This document shows positions 1 to 10,563 of a stretch of DNA of 64,000 nt, in pieces. Positions within the stretch are counted from its first letter, which is position 1. Each line of letters begins with the position of its first letter. The notes under the pieces are model-generated. The model had not been told where the DNA came from, did no database searches, and saw nothing but the letters and a program-made list of their open reading frames with translations. Position numbers and translations under genes: made by a program. Source of the stretch: Thermoanaerobaculia bacterium (GTDB taxonomy: Bacteria > Acidobacteriota > Thermoanaerobaculia > UBA5066); assembly GCA_963816185.1 (NCBI GenBank), contig CAWFJJ010000025.1, forward strand, positions 160,001-224,000, read 5' to 3'.

Positions 1-1
1 C

Positions 2-352
2 ATCGTCCGCGGGAAGCTCCGCCGCGCGCCGCACGGCGATCTGGAGGCGCTCGACCGCTCGAGCTTCGCGGGGCGCGACGCGCTGCGCCACATGGCGAAC
101 GAGCGCTGGTCGGTCCGCGAGGCCGCGGCCGAAGGCATGCGGCCGGTCTACTACAAGGTGGAAGGCACTCTTCCGCTCGCCGACGATCTCCTCGAGCTGG
201 CCCGCGCCGGAGGCTTGACGGTCCGGCGCCTCTCCGTACGCCGGGCCGAGCCCCACTTGCAGCTCCACATCGACCTGCCCGCCGAGTCCGCTCCCGCCGC
301 GGACGTGTTCGCGGCGGTGCGGATGATCGGCGATCGCGCGCTGAGGACCTAG
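2..352 (+). CDS. hypothetical protein, 5'-truncated by window edge
   Basis: Frame is open from position 2 (IVRGKLRRAPHG...) through the 92..352 ORF; converges on cstA. Confidence 0.55.
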   Translation: MVRGKLRRAPHGDLEALDRSSFAGRDALRHMANERWSVREAAAEGMRPVYYKVEGTLPLADDLLELARAGGLTVRRLSVRRAEPHLQLHIDLPAESAPAADVFAAVRMIGDRALRT

Positions 353-2268
353 ACGATCACGGGGGCCGGCTTCACGGCCGCCGGCGTCGCGCTGTACTTC
401 CGGTAAGCCTTCAGGCCGTCCCACCCGATGAAGAGCGCCGCGATGATCAGGAGAACTGCGAGGACGATCATCGCCCACGCGCCTGCGACCGGCAGCCCGC
501 TCATCGCCGGGTTCGCCGCGATCGTCACATAGAGGTTGCGCGCCGTGACGGCCGTGGCGAAGAGCGTCGTGACGTACATGAAGAGCATCGGGTAGAGGGC
601 GAAGCTCGGGTTCCTCTTCTCCGACTTGAGCCAGACGGTCACGACGAGGAGGCTCAGCGCGGCCATGAGCTGGTTCGACGCGCCGAACATCTGCCACAGG
701 TAGACCCACGTGCCCGTCATGACGAGCGCGAGCGTCAGCAGCATGGAGATGATGCTCGAGACGTGCATGTTGCGCACGAGCGGAATCGCCTCGCCCGCCC
801 ACTCGGTGAGCGTGACGCGCATGACGCGGAAGACGAGCTGCGTCACCGTCAGGACGATGACGACGAAGGCGCCGAACCCGAGCGCCGTGCCGAAGACCTC
901 GGGGATCGCCTTGAACGTGCCGGCGTAAATGAGCTTGCCGACGCCCGCCGCGAACCTTCCGCCGCCGCCCCCGACGCCCGCGATCGAGACGGCCACGAGC
1001 GAGAGGAGGGCGAGCGTGTATTCGCCGAACATCGAGCCGCCGCCGACCGGGAGGCCGTCGGTCTCGTACTCGAGCTGCCGCGCCGTCCCGACCGAGCCGA
1101 CGAGCGCGTGCCAGCCGGAGATCGCGCCGCAGGCGATCGTCACGAAGAGCATCGGCCAGAGCGGCTGCCACGCCGTGAACGGCTTGACCGGGGCCGTGAA
1201 GCCGAGGTCCTTGACCGCCGTCAGCGCGAACGCGCCGATGGCCTTGCCGCCCGCGTCCAGAACGCCCGTCAGAGGCGCGACGAGGGCTCCGATCGCCGAG
1301 AGGACGATCGTGATGAGCATGACCCAGAAGCCGATGTAGTTGACGGGCTGGGCGAACCGCCAGATGGGCATGTTCGCGCCGCAGTAGGAGAAGGCGAAGA
1401 GGAAGACCATCCAGAGGAGGTAGTTCGGAAGCGTCCGGATCTGCTGCGTGGCCGCGTCGTACGCTGGGGTCGTCGGCCTCTTGCCGTCGGGCCCCGGAAC
1501 CGGGATGCGCGGGTCGGCGTTCGTGGGATCCTGGAGGGAGAGGATCGGCTGCTTGGCGTTGAGGTTGTCGATGGCCGCGTTCACCGAGACGACCGCCGCG
1601 CCGACCGGCCCCTGGACGAGAGCTCCCTTCGCGTTCTTCGTCTGGCCCCACGGGCCGAGCGCCATGGCCCCGAGCGTCACGGCCACGACGATCACCGTCA
1701 CGAGGATCAGGTTCATCTTCCAGCGATACATCATCTGGCCCGCCAGAAGACCCATGAGCGCCAGCATGATGATGCCGAACGGCACGTCGGGGCGCGCGGA
1801 GAGGATCGCCGCGAGGATTCCGACGAACGCTCCGGCGAGGAGCATCAGGTAGAAGAAGATGAAGATGAAGAGGATCGTCCGGGTGCGCGGCGCGATGAGC
1901 TTGTGCGAGATCGCGCTCAGGCTGTTCCCGTCGTTCCTCACCGAGACCATGATCGCGGAGTAGTCGCTGACCCATCCGATGAAGCTGACCCCGATGACGA
2001 GCCACAGGAGGGACGGGAACCAGCCCCAGATGTTCGCGGCCGTGATGGGGCCGACGATCGGCCCCGCGGCGGCGATGGACTTGAAGTGGTAGCCGTACAG
2101 GACGTTCTTGCTCGTGGGCATGAAGTCCACGCCGTCCATGTACATCGTGGCCGGCGTCGCTTTCTTCGCGTCGGACCTGATGACGTCCCGGTCGATCCGC
2201 CGCGCGTAGAAGTTGTAGGCCAGGTAGATGACGACCGTCGCGATCACGACGATCCACAACGTGTTCAT
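349..2268 (-). CDS. cstA: carbon starvation protein A family transporter (peptide/pyruvate)
   Basis: TPA..DGVDFMPT, GYHFKSIAAAGPIVGP, WPMLFVTIACGAISGWHAL, FGASNQLMAAL motifs; ATG at 2268 with AGGAG RBS. Confidence 0.92.
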   Translation of the reverse strand: MNTLWIVVIATVVIYLAYNFYARRIDRDVIRSDAKKATPATMYMDGVDFMPTSKNVLYGYHFKSIAAAGPIVGPITAANIWGWFPSLLWLVIGVSFIGWVSDYSAIMVSVRNDGNSLSAISHKLIAPRTRTILFIFIFFYLMLLAGAFVGILAAILSARPDVPFGIIMLALMGLLAGQMMYRWKMNLILVTVIVVAVTLGAMALGPWGQTKNAKGALVQGPVGAAVVSVNAAIDNLNAKQPILSLQDPTNADPRIPVPGPDGKRPTTPAYDAATQQIRTLPNYLLWMVFLFAFSYCGANMPIWRFAQPVNYIGFWVMLITIVLSAIGALVAPLTGVLDAGGKAIGAFALTAVKDLGFTAPVKPFTAWQPLWPMLFVTIACGAISGWHALVGSVGTARQLEYETDGLPVGGGSMFGEYTLALLSLVAVSIAGVGGGGGRFAAGVGKLIYAGTFKAIPEVFGTALGFGAFVVIVLTVTQLVFRVMRVTLTEWAGEAIPLVRNMHVSSIISMLLTLALVMTGTWVYLWQMFGASNQLMAALSLLVVTVWLKSEKRNPSFALYPMLFMYVTTLFATAVTARNLYVTIAANPAMSGLPVAGAWAMIVLAVLLIIAALFIGWDGLKAYRKYSATPAAVKPAPVIV

Positions 2269-2387
2269 CGGTGGGCTCCTTTCACGGGCGTGTCCCGTTG
2301 GCGCGCAGAGGTACCCCTTCAGCATAGGTCGGAGCGCAGCCTTCGCCGTCGATGCAAATGCATCATCGGCCGGGGGCGAGAAGAAAT

Positions 2388-2396
2388 TTCTTAGAA
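2388..2396 (+). repeat. dispersed TTCTTAGAA motif copy (intergenic, upstream of cstA)
   Basis: GAGAAGAAAT-TTCTTAGAA-GAGG read directly. Confidence 0.8.
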
Positions 2397-2496
2397 GAGG
2401 TAGGACGAGCTCGGGCGCCGTCGAAGCAACGGCCGGCGGCCCAGCCCTATTACCATTCGCAGAGATTCTTCAGGGCCACCGTCGCGCGCGTGACGC

Positions 2497-4417
<1,921 letters not shown>

Positions 4418-4421
<4 letters not shown>

Positions 4422-5026
4422 CTTGTGCCCTCGCCTCTCATACGCCGAATGCCGGGACGCGGTTCATCGGCACGGGCGCGGCGGTCCGCGGTGGACTCGA
4501 ACGGCGCCTCCCCTTCGGTTCTGACCTGAGCGATGAACGGAAAGTTCCCGCCCTCGCCCATGTATTCCATACCATAGCCCACGAGCACGCCTTCCTCCGC
4601 CGGGAACAGGACGTAATCCGCGCGGAGCGCGCTTTTCCTCTCCTGGGGATGATCCACCACGCAGGCGAAACGGATGGAACGGGGCTTTTCTTCCCGCAGC
4701 TGATTCAGCAGCCACGTCTCGACGACCCCGCTCCGGATCACGTCCTTGAGCACGATGAGGTGGGTGTCCGCAACGTCGAAAGGCGCCAGGAAGTGATAGT
4801 TGACGACCTTCTCGCTGTCGCCGTCGCGGAGCACGTCGATGTACTCGCAGTGGACGGGCCGTGGCACGGCGCGGGCGAGGTCGGCGACGAAGAACCCCGC
4901 GCCCTTCAGGATCGCGATGAGGACGATGTCGCCCTCGGGATAGTCGTGACCGATCCTCCGGCCGACGTCCACGACGCGCCGGGCGATGTCTTGCGGGCCG
5001 TACAGCTCGTCGGTGACAAGTGCCAC
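4418..5026 (-). CDS. hpt: hypoxanthine phosphoribosyltransferase-like protein with degenerate active-site motifs
   Basis: [14 protein letters not shown] and VGYGMEY..NFPFI match the HPRT fold; position between tilS and ftsH; PRPP motif reads [10 protein letters not shown]. Confidence 0.8.
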
Positions 5027-5070
5027 AGACGTGTAAGTCTAGCAGGGGAGGCCGATGCGAAAGGGGAGGC

Positions 5071-6396
5071 TCAGGGCCGGGAGTACTCGTCGATCACGCG
5101 AGAGATCGCCCGCCTGCAGACCGGACAGAAGCCGCCCGGATCGCGCGTGAACATGATGCAGTCGGCCGAGGGCCGGTAGAGGCCTTTCGCCTCGTACGAG
5201 GCGCCCTCGAAGGCTCCGACCTTGCCGGACCACGTCATCGTGGACAGGAGCTTCGAATCCAGGGCCATCTGCCGGCGGAAGAGGTCGTCGAGCGCGGAGG
5301 GCGGAGCGCCGGAAGCGATGAGCTTCTTCCGCTCGGCCTGGAATCCGCGGGTCTGCTTTTCGAAGGCTTCTTTCTCCCACGGGGTCGGCAACGGCGTTCC
5401 CTTCCCGACGAGGTCGGCCCACTTCAGCGCCTTCGGGTCATGCAGGGCGGTCACGTTCGGCTCCCACGGCTCCGGCTTCTCGCCGCCGGTCTCATACGCC
5501 ACGTCCGATCCGTAGTACTCGTCCGCGAGGCCCGCGAAGTGGTGGCCGAACTCGTGCACGAAGACGTACTCGGAGAAGCCCGTGTCCACGGACGCGGTGG
5601 CCTGGAAGTTGTAGATTCCGCCGCCGCCGTAACGTGCGTCGTTCACGAGAATCTCGAGGAAGTCGTACGGCGCGGCCGAGGCGGCCTCGCGAAGCGCGCG
5701 GTCGTCGTACGTGAGCATGTAGCGCTCCGAGCCGAAGATGCCGTATTGAACGGACAGCGGCGTTCTCCGGAAGATCTTCGAGTCGGGTCTCAGGACGCCG
5801 CTCTCGGAATCGGGCAGGTCGAGCGCGCGCACGTTGAAGTCGGCCTTGCGGCTCTTGAACGGCTCGTACGTGAAGAGGATGTCCACGAGGCGCTTCACGT
5901 CGGCGTGGAACTTCGGCAGGTCCTTTTCGGCATAGCCCTCGCCGAGGAGGAGGAGATCCAGCTTCGCGGCGGCCGGCCCGTTCTCGAAGACCGTCCAGAC
6001 CTTTCCCATCGGCGCCCGCGACGCGGGATTCACCTCGGGCCCTGCGGGATCGATCACGGTAGAGAACAGCTCGTGGAAGACGTTCGCCTTGTCGCGGCGC
6101 TGGAGGACGATCCGGACCTTCTCCCTCGGCCATGGAAGCCGCAGCGATTCGGGAAACGTCCGGGCCGCCCTCTTCGCCTCCTCCGTCTGCTCCCACTCGC
6201 TGAACATCGACGAATAGCCGCGCGAGAAGAGGACGCGATTCGTCCGTGCGTCCCGGACCTCGAACAGATTGCTGCCGAGGTTCGTCTCGTCGAGGAGGCG
6301 GGTCCGGCTGCCCGGCCAGGGGCCGTCGTCGACGACGCGATCGAGCGCCACCACCTCGCCCTTCGGGCCGCCCGTGTGGAAGAGATCCACGCGCAT
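5071..6396 (-). CDS. peptidase M64 (IgA peptidase) family zinc metalloprotease; true start probably further upstream (about 6500-6577)
   Basis: HEFGHHFAGLADEY, YGGGGIYN, GLYRP..CIM..FCPVC. In-frame upstream reads ISLLLPLLLFSSPSSAEISSPSAFDARFTGRT (signal-like) but no clean start codon was found. Confidence 0.88.
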   Translation of the reverse strand: MRVDLFHTGGPKGEVVALDRVVDDGPWPGSRTRLLDETNLGSNLFEVRDARTNRVLFSRGYSSMFSEWEQTEEAKRAARTFPESLRLPWPREKVRIVLQRRDKANVFHELFSTVIDPAGPEVNPASRAPMGKVWTVFENGPAAAKLDLLLLGEGYAEKDLPKFHADVKRLVDILFTYEPFKSRKADFNVRALDLPDSESGVLRPDSKIFRRTPLSVQYGIFGSERYMLTYDDRALREAASAAPYDFLEILVNDARYGGGGIYNFQATASVDTGFSEYVFVHEFGHHFAGLADEYYGSDVAYETGGEKPEPWEPNVTALHDPKALKWADLVGKGTPLPTPWEKEAFEKQTRGFQAERKKLIASGAPPSALDDLFRRQMALDSKLLSTMTWSGKVGAFEGASYEAKGLYRPSADCIMFTRDPGGFCPVCRRAISRVIDEYSRP

Positions 6397-6573
6397 CGTG
6401 CGGCCTGTGAAGCGGGCGTCGAAGGCGCTCGGAGAAGAAATTTCTGCTGAAGAGGGGGAAGAGAAGAGCAGAAGAGGAAGAAGAAGAGAGATCTCTTTGA
6501 ATAGGAAGAGGGGGGGAGTGCAGCCGCAGCGAGGATGAGGGGGCGGCGCAGCTTGGTGGGAGCATGCGGAGGT

Positions 6574-7563
6574 TCATGATGGCTCGATCGTAGTCCTGAG
6601 TTCGAACTCTCCGCGCGCTGGAACGAACCTAACGGTGCGTGGATCGACCTCGACGCGGCCGCCCGCGAATTCCTCGCCGAAGGTCCTGTCACCTTTCTCG
6701 ATGCGGCTCAGGACCTTCTTCACCTGCGCCTTCCCCGGGACCCGGCCGCTCGCGCCGGCCGCACTTACGAGCAACCGACCGGCCTCTTCGAGCGAGAGCC
6801 GTGCGAAAAAGGATCGGGGCCAAATACCCTTCGACGAGATCTTCTTCTCGGCCAACGCCTCGTCGAGCCGGCGGTCGAGCGCGTCCAGCCTCTCCCCCCA
6901 TTTCGCTCCGGCGCGCGCCAGCCGCGCAGCTCTGCCGGGGTCCTTTCGCTCCATTTCCGGAAGCACCCTGCGGCGGATGCGATTCCGCGCGAAACCCTCG
7001 TTCTCGTTCGTCTCGTCCTCGCGAAAGGGACGCGTCTCTCCGCGAGGAACTCGCGCAGCTCGGCCCGCGAAAAGGGGAGGAGCGGACGGACGATGCCGTC
7101 GGCCCGGTGCGAGCGGATGCCTCCGCGCCCGCGGCCGAGTCTCCGCTCGAGATGGAGCAGGACGGTCTCGGCCTGGTCGTCACGCGTGTGACCGGTCAGG
7201 ACGAGAGCGCCGCCGAGGCTTTTGGAGAATGCGAGGAGCGCCGCGTACCGCAGGCGGCGGGCCGCAGCCTCGAGGCTCTCGCCCTTCCTCGCCCGGACGG
7301 GACGTCCACGGAATGAAGCGTGAAGCGCAGGGAAGCGTCGCGGCGAGGCGTGCGCAGAACCGCGCGTCCTCGTCGCCGGCCGCGCCCCTGAGGCCGTGCG
7401 CGACGTGAGCGGACGTCACGGCGACACCGCGCGGAGACGCCCATGCGACCGCGAGGAGGAGAAGCGCCGTGGAGTCGCTCCCGCCCGAATGCGCCACGAC
7501 GAGCGTGTTGGCGCCTGCGAAAAGGCGCGTTTCCTCGACGTGTCGAAAGAAGCGGTCCGGCAA
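6574..7563 (-). CDS. tilS: tRNA(Ile)-lysidine synthetase, short form, several frameshifts
   Basis: VAHSGGSDSTALL, HVAHGLRG, ESLEAAARRLRY, TGHTRDDQAETVL, VRPLL, DETN..FARNRIR are found across shifting frames; upstream of hpt-ftsH. Confidence 0.88.
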
Positions 7564-7668
7564 TGAAACAGAGCTCAACGCGACGAACGTTAGCGCGAAT
7601 CTTTCTTTCGGAGCGGCCGGCGCTTGCGGAGAACTTTCGAAGGGGATAGAGTAAGGAGGGAGGTAAGG

Positions 7669-7914
7669 ATGCCGACCGCGACGCTGACATCCAAGGGTCA
7701 GGTCACGCTTCCGAAGGCCGTCCGGGAGGCTCTCCAGGTGCGCACCGGCGATCGCCTCGACTTCACGCCTGCGCCGGACGGCGCGTTCCGGGTCGAGGTA
7801 CGGCGGGAGAACGCCAGGAGCCTCGCGGGGATACTGCGCCGGAAGGGCCGCCGGCCCGTCTCGGTTCGCGGGATGGACCTTGCCATCGAGCGACTCCATC
7901 GTTCGGGCCGCTGA
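7669..7914 (+). CDS. AbrB/MazE/SpoVT family antitoxin
   Basis: MPTATLTSKGQVTLPKAVREALQVRTGDRLDF; GGAGG RBS; directly upstream of a PIN toxin. Confidence 0.9.
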   Translation: MPTATLTSKGQVTLPKAVREALQVRTGDRLDFTPAPDGAFRVEVRRENARSLAGILRRKGRRPVSVRGMDLAIERLHRSGR

Positions 7915-7916
7915 AC

Positions 7917-8315
7917 GTGCGCGGAATAGACACGAACGTCCTGGTGAGGTTCTGTCAGCGCGGGACGATACCGAGCAGTTCCGACGGGTGCAGGAATTCC
8001 TCGAAGCGCGCTTCGCGGAAGCGGATCCGGTCCTCGTAAACGTAATCGTCCTCTGTGAGACGGTATGGGTCCTGCGCGTCGGCCTATCGCATCCCCCGGC
8101 ACGAGATCGCGGCCGCGCTGGGCCGGTTACTCGGCGCTTCCGGACTGGTGATCGAGGATCGCGATCAGGTCGCCGTAGCACTCGACGCCTATCGGCGAGG
8201 TCCCGGCGATTTCGCCGACTATCTCGTCGGCGAGCGCAACCGCGCGGCCGGCTGTGTCTCGACGGCCACACTGGACCGGCGGTTGAAGTCAGCCTCTACG
8301 TTCGAGCTCGTCTGA
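7917..8315 (+). CDS. vapC: VapC/PIN-domain toxin (two apparent frameshifts)
   Basis: MRGIDTNVLVRF, VLCETVWVL, GDFADYLV, TATLDRRL are spread over shifted frames. Confidence 0.85.
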
Positions 8316-8339
8316 CGCGCGAGCTCGCTGCGCTATCAT
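8312..8339 (+). promoter_or_regulatory. putative sigma70 promoter for the tRNA
   Basis: CTGACG-N16-TATCAT ending about 38 nt upstream of the tRNA. Confidence 0.4.
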
Positions 8340-8376
8340 TTGCGCCTCACCCGGGTCCCCGGGCGCGCCTTTTCGG

Positions 8377-8453
8377 GGCGGCGTAGCTCAGATGGCCAGA
8401 GCAGGGGTCTCATAAGCCCTTTGTCGGCGGTTCGATTCCGCCCGCCGCCACCA
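8377..8453 (+). tRNA. tRNA-Met (CAT), probably elongator
   Basis: Cloverleaf: GGCGGCG/CGCCGCC acceptor stem, GCTC/GAGC D-stem, CT-CAT-AA loop, GGCGG-TTCGATT-CCGCC T-arm, encoded CCA; G1-C72 is paired. Confidence 0.93.
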
Positions 8454-8483
8454 TTCAATCCGATGCCGCCTTATGATTCCCCC

Positions 8484-8720
8484 ATGCGGCGGCGAGAGGG
8501 AGAAGAAGACGACTCGCCTTACATCTTCTGTGAGCAGTGCGACCAGATGTTCGAGCGCGTGTTCATCCAGCAGTGTTCGTTCTGCTCCAAGGATTTCTGC
8601 CGGAACTGCGCGGTCCGCTCGGGAAACGCGGCGTTCTGCAGCAAGGCCTGCGCGAAGGCGTGGTTCTTCGCCGAGGCCGACGAGGACGAGGCAGAAGAAG
8701 AGAAGAAGGAGAAGACGTAG
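8484..8720 (+). CDS. small Cys-rich putative zinc-finger protein with acidic tail
   Basis: CEQC, CSFC, CRNC, CSKAC within 78 aa. Confidence 0.75.
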   Translation: MRRREGEEDDSPYIFCEQCDQMFERVFIQQCSFCSKDFCRNCAVRSGNAAFCSKACAKAWFFAEADEDEAEEEKKEKT

Positions 8721-9284
8721 ATCCGCGCTTTCCTCGCCGTTTCCGTTGGCGATCCGGCTCTCGACGCGTCCCTCGCCGCGCGTGGATTCCGCCTTCCCGA
8801 AAGCGAGCTCCGGCGGGTGCCGGCCGCCCAACGCCACCTGACCCTTCGCTTTTTCGACGAGCTTCCCGAGGATCGCGTGGAGGACGTCCGCGCGCGCGGC
8901 GGGCGCGGCGGCTGCGGGCGTGTCGCCCTTCGACCTCGAGCTGGAGGGCGTCGGCTGCTTTCCGCCGCGCGGCCCGGCGAAGGTCGTCTGGGTCGGCTGC
9001 GGCGCGGGACGCGAGGCGCTCGTCGCGCTTGCCGAGGCGCTTTCCCGTGCGCTCGCGAGCCGGGGGTTTCCGGGCGACCCGCGGCCGTTCTCCCCGCACC
9101 TCACCCTGGCGCGCGCGCGGAACCGGCGCGGCTCCTCGGCGGTCGCGGCGGCCGTGCACAGGAGCGCAGCCGTCGAGGGGCCGCTCGGCCGCGTTCGGGT
9201 CGACCGGCTTCTCCTCGTTCAGTCGACGCTCGGCTCGGGACCGCCCCGACACGACGTCCTCGGGACGTTTCCGCTGGCGGGTAA
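8721..9284 (+). CDS. thpR: RNA 2',3'-cyclic phosphodiesterase (2H family), frameshifted
   Basis: IRAFLAV start, HLTLRF and FSPHLTLAR (two HxT motifs), LVQSTL; frame change near 8900; start and stop boundaries uncertain. Confidence 0.85.
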   Translation: MRAFLAVSVGDPALDASLAARGFRLPESELRRVPAAQRHLTLRFFDELPEDRVEDVRARGGRGGCGRVALRPRAGGRRLLSAARPGEGRLGRLRRGTRGARRACRGAFPCAREPGVSGRPAAVLPAPHPGARAEPARLLGGRGGRAQERSRRGAARPRSGRPASPRSVDARLGTAPTRRPRDVSAGG

Positions 9285-9336
9285 CTCGTCCCCGGATGGT
9301 TGCGCGAAGGCTCGCTCAGAGGGTAAACCACTCGCC

Positions 9337-9819
9337 ATGGACCTCCGCGCGCATCTCCTCGCGATCCTCGATCGCGCCTACGACGTCACGTCGTGGCACG
9401 GCCCGAACCTGAAAGGCTCGCTACGGGGCGTCTCGCCGGCCGTCGCTTTTTTCCGGCCGGGGCCGAAGCGACACTCGATCTACGACCTCGTGCTCCATGC
9501 CGCCTACTGGAAGTACACGGTCCGGCGCCGGCTCACCGGCGAGAAGCGCGGATCGTTCGCGCTCGAGGGCTCGAACTTCTTCCCCGCGCCGCGGCGGTCC
9601 ACCGCGAAAGAGGTCGCCGCCGCGAAGCTCCTGCTCGAGCGCGAGCACCGGGATCTGCGCGCCGTCGTCGAGGAGCTGCCCGAGGCTGCGTTCGAGTCGC
9701 GCCTCGGGCGCCGGACGGCGGAGGCCATGATCTCGGGCGTCGCGGCGCACGACCTCTACCACGCGGGCCAGATCCAGCTCCTGAAGAGACTTACGCGGAA
9801 AGGCGGAGAGACGATCTGA
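9337..9819 (+). CDS. DinB family protein
   Basis: WHGP, HSIYDLVLH, HDLYHAGQI His-triad pattern. Confidence 0.88.
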   Translation: MDLRAHLLAILDRAYDVTSWHGPNLKGSLRGVSPAVAFFRPGPKRHSIYDLVLHAAYWKYTVRRRLTGEKRGSFALEGSNFFPAPRRSTAKEVAAAKLLLEREHRDLRAVVEELPEAAFESRLGRRTAEAMISGVAAHDLYHAGQIQLLKRLTRKGGETI

Positions 9820-9843
9820 ACGGGCTGGGGCTGAAGAGCGCGC

Positions 9844-10362
9844 TCAGCGCGCGACGGCCGCGCTCCGGCCCTCGTACGCGCGCTCGAGCGCCGCGATGTC
9901 GAGCTTCTTCATCGGGAAGAGCGCCGTCATCACGCGCGAGACCTTCTCGGGATCCGGGTCGGCGACCATGTCGCGCAGCGCCTTCGGCACGACCTGCCAG
10001 GACACGCCGAACGTGTCCTTCAGCCAGCCGCACTGCTGGGCCGCCGGGTCTCCGCCCGCCGTGAGCTTCTCCCAGTACTGGTCGATCTCCTTCTGCGTCT
10101 TGCAGAAGACCTGCAGCGAGATCGCTTCGTTGAACCGGAACTGCGGACCCCCGTTCAACGCCGTGAACGGCTCGCCGTCGAGCTCGAACTCGACGGTCAG
10201 GACGGACCCGGGCGGCCTCTGGTGGATCTCGCGCCCCGCCTCCGTGTAGTGCGAAATTTTGCGAACTTTCGAGTTCGGAAAGATCGACGTGTAGAACGCG
10301 ACGGCCTGCTCCGCCTCGCCGTTGAACCACAGGCACGGGGCGATCTTGCGGTCGTTGAACAT
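9844..10362 (-). CDS. VOC family protein (PhnB-like)
   Basis: PCLWFNGEAEQAVAFY, ALNGGP, CGWLKDTFGVSWQVVP. Confidence 0.92.
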   Translation of the reverse strand: MFNDRKIAPCLWFNGEAEQAVAFYTSIFPNSKVRKISHYTEAGREIHQRPPGSVLTVEFELDGEPFTALNGGPQFRFNEAISLQVFCKTQKEIDQYWEKLTAGGDPAAQQCGWLKDTFGVSWQVVPKALRDMVADPDPEKVSRVMTALFPMKKLDIAALERAYEGRSAAVAR

Positions 10363-10436
10363 GAGCGCCTCCCGCGTCTTCGCACGCAGGTTGCGTGCCG
10401 GTAAGAATTTCGAATCCGTCGCTGCTAGAGTCGCCG

Positions 10437-10534
10437 TCTGCGCGTTCTTGGATCGCGTCGGGAGGCGGGCGCCTCCAGGTCGAGACCGGCGGCCTCTGCG
10501 CGTTCTTGTATCGCGCCGGGAGGCGGGCGTCTCC
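10437..10534. repeat. two-copy 40-bp tandem REP-like repeat
   Basis: 10437-10476 and 10495-10534 are 37/40 identical; each ends in a GGAGGCG-GG-CGYCTCC hairpin. Confidence 0.8.
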
Positions 10535-10563
10535 GGCGTCGTGACTCGCGGCCGGTCTAGGCG

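Noticed and set aside
2388-2396. Resemblance of TTCTTAGAA to eukaryotic STAT (TTCNNNGAA) or heat-shock elements
   Set aside because: Bacterial context with no such factor; treated as coincidental.
8377-8453. tRNA as initiator Met, Ile2, or an integration site
   Set aside because: G1-C72 is paired, so it is not an initiator. It has G4/G5 rather than the C4/C5 TilS determinants known from E. coli, so Ile2 is less likely though not excluded. No integrase or duplicated 3' end was seen.
8920-9819. ThpR-DinB fusion ORF
   Set aside because: A TAA in the adjacent frame at 9282 coincides with the normal ThpR end and DinB has its own ATG at 9337; probably one missing base.
10437-10534. Mini CRISPR array
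   Set aside because: Only two units, the 18-nt spacer resembles the trailing sequence, and there are no cas genes.
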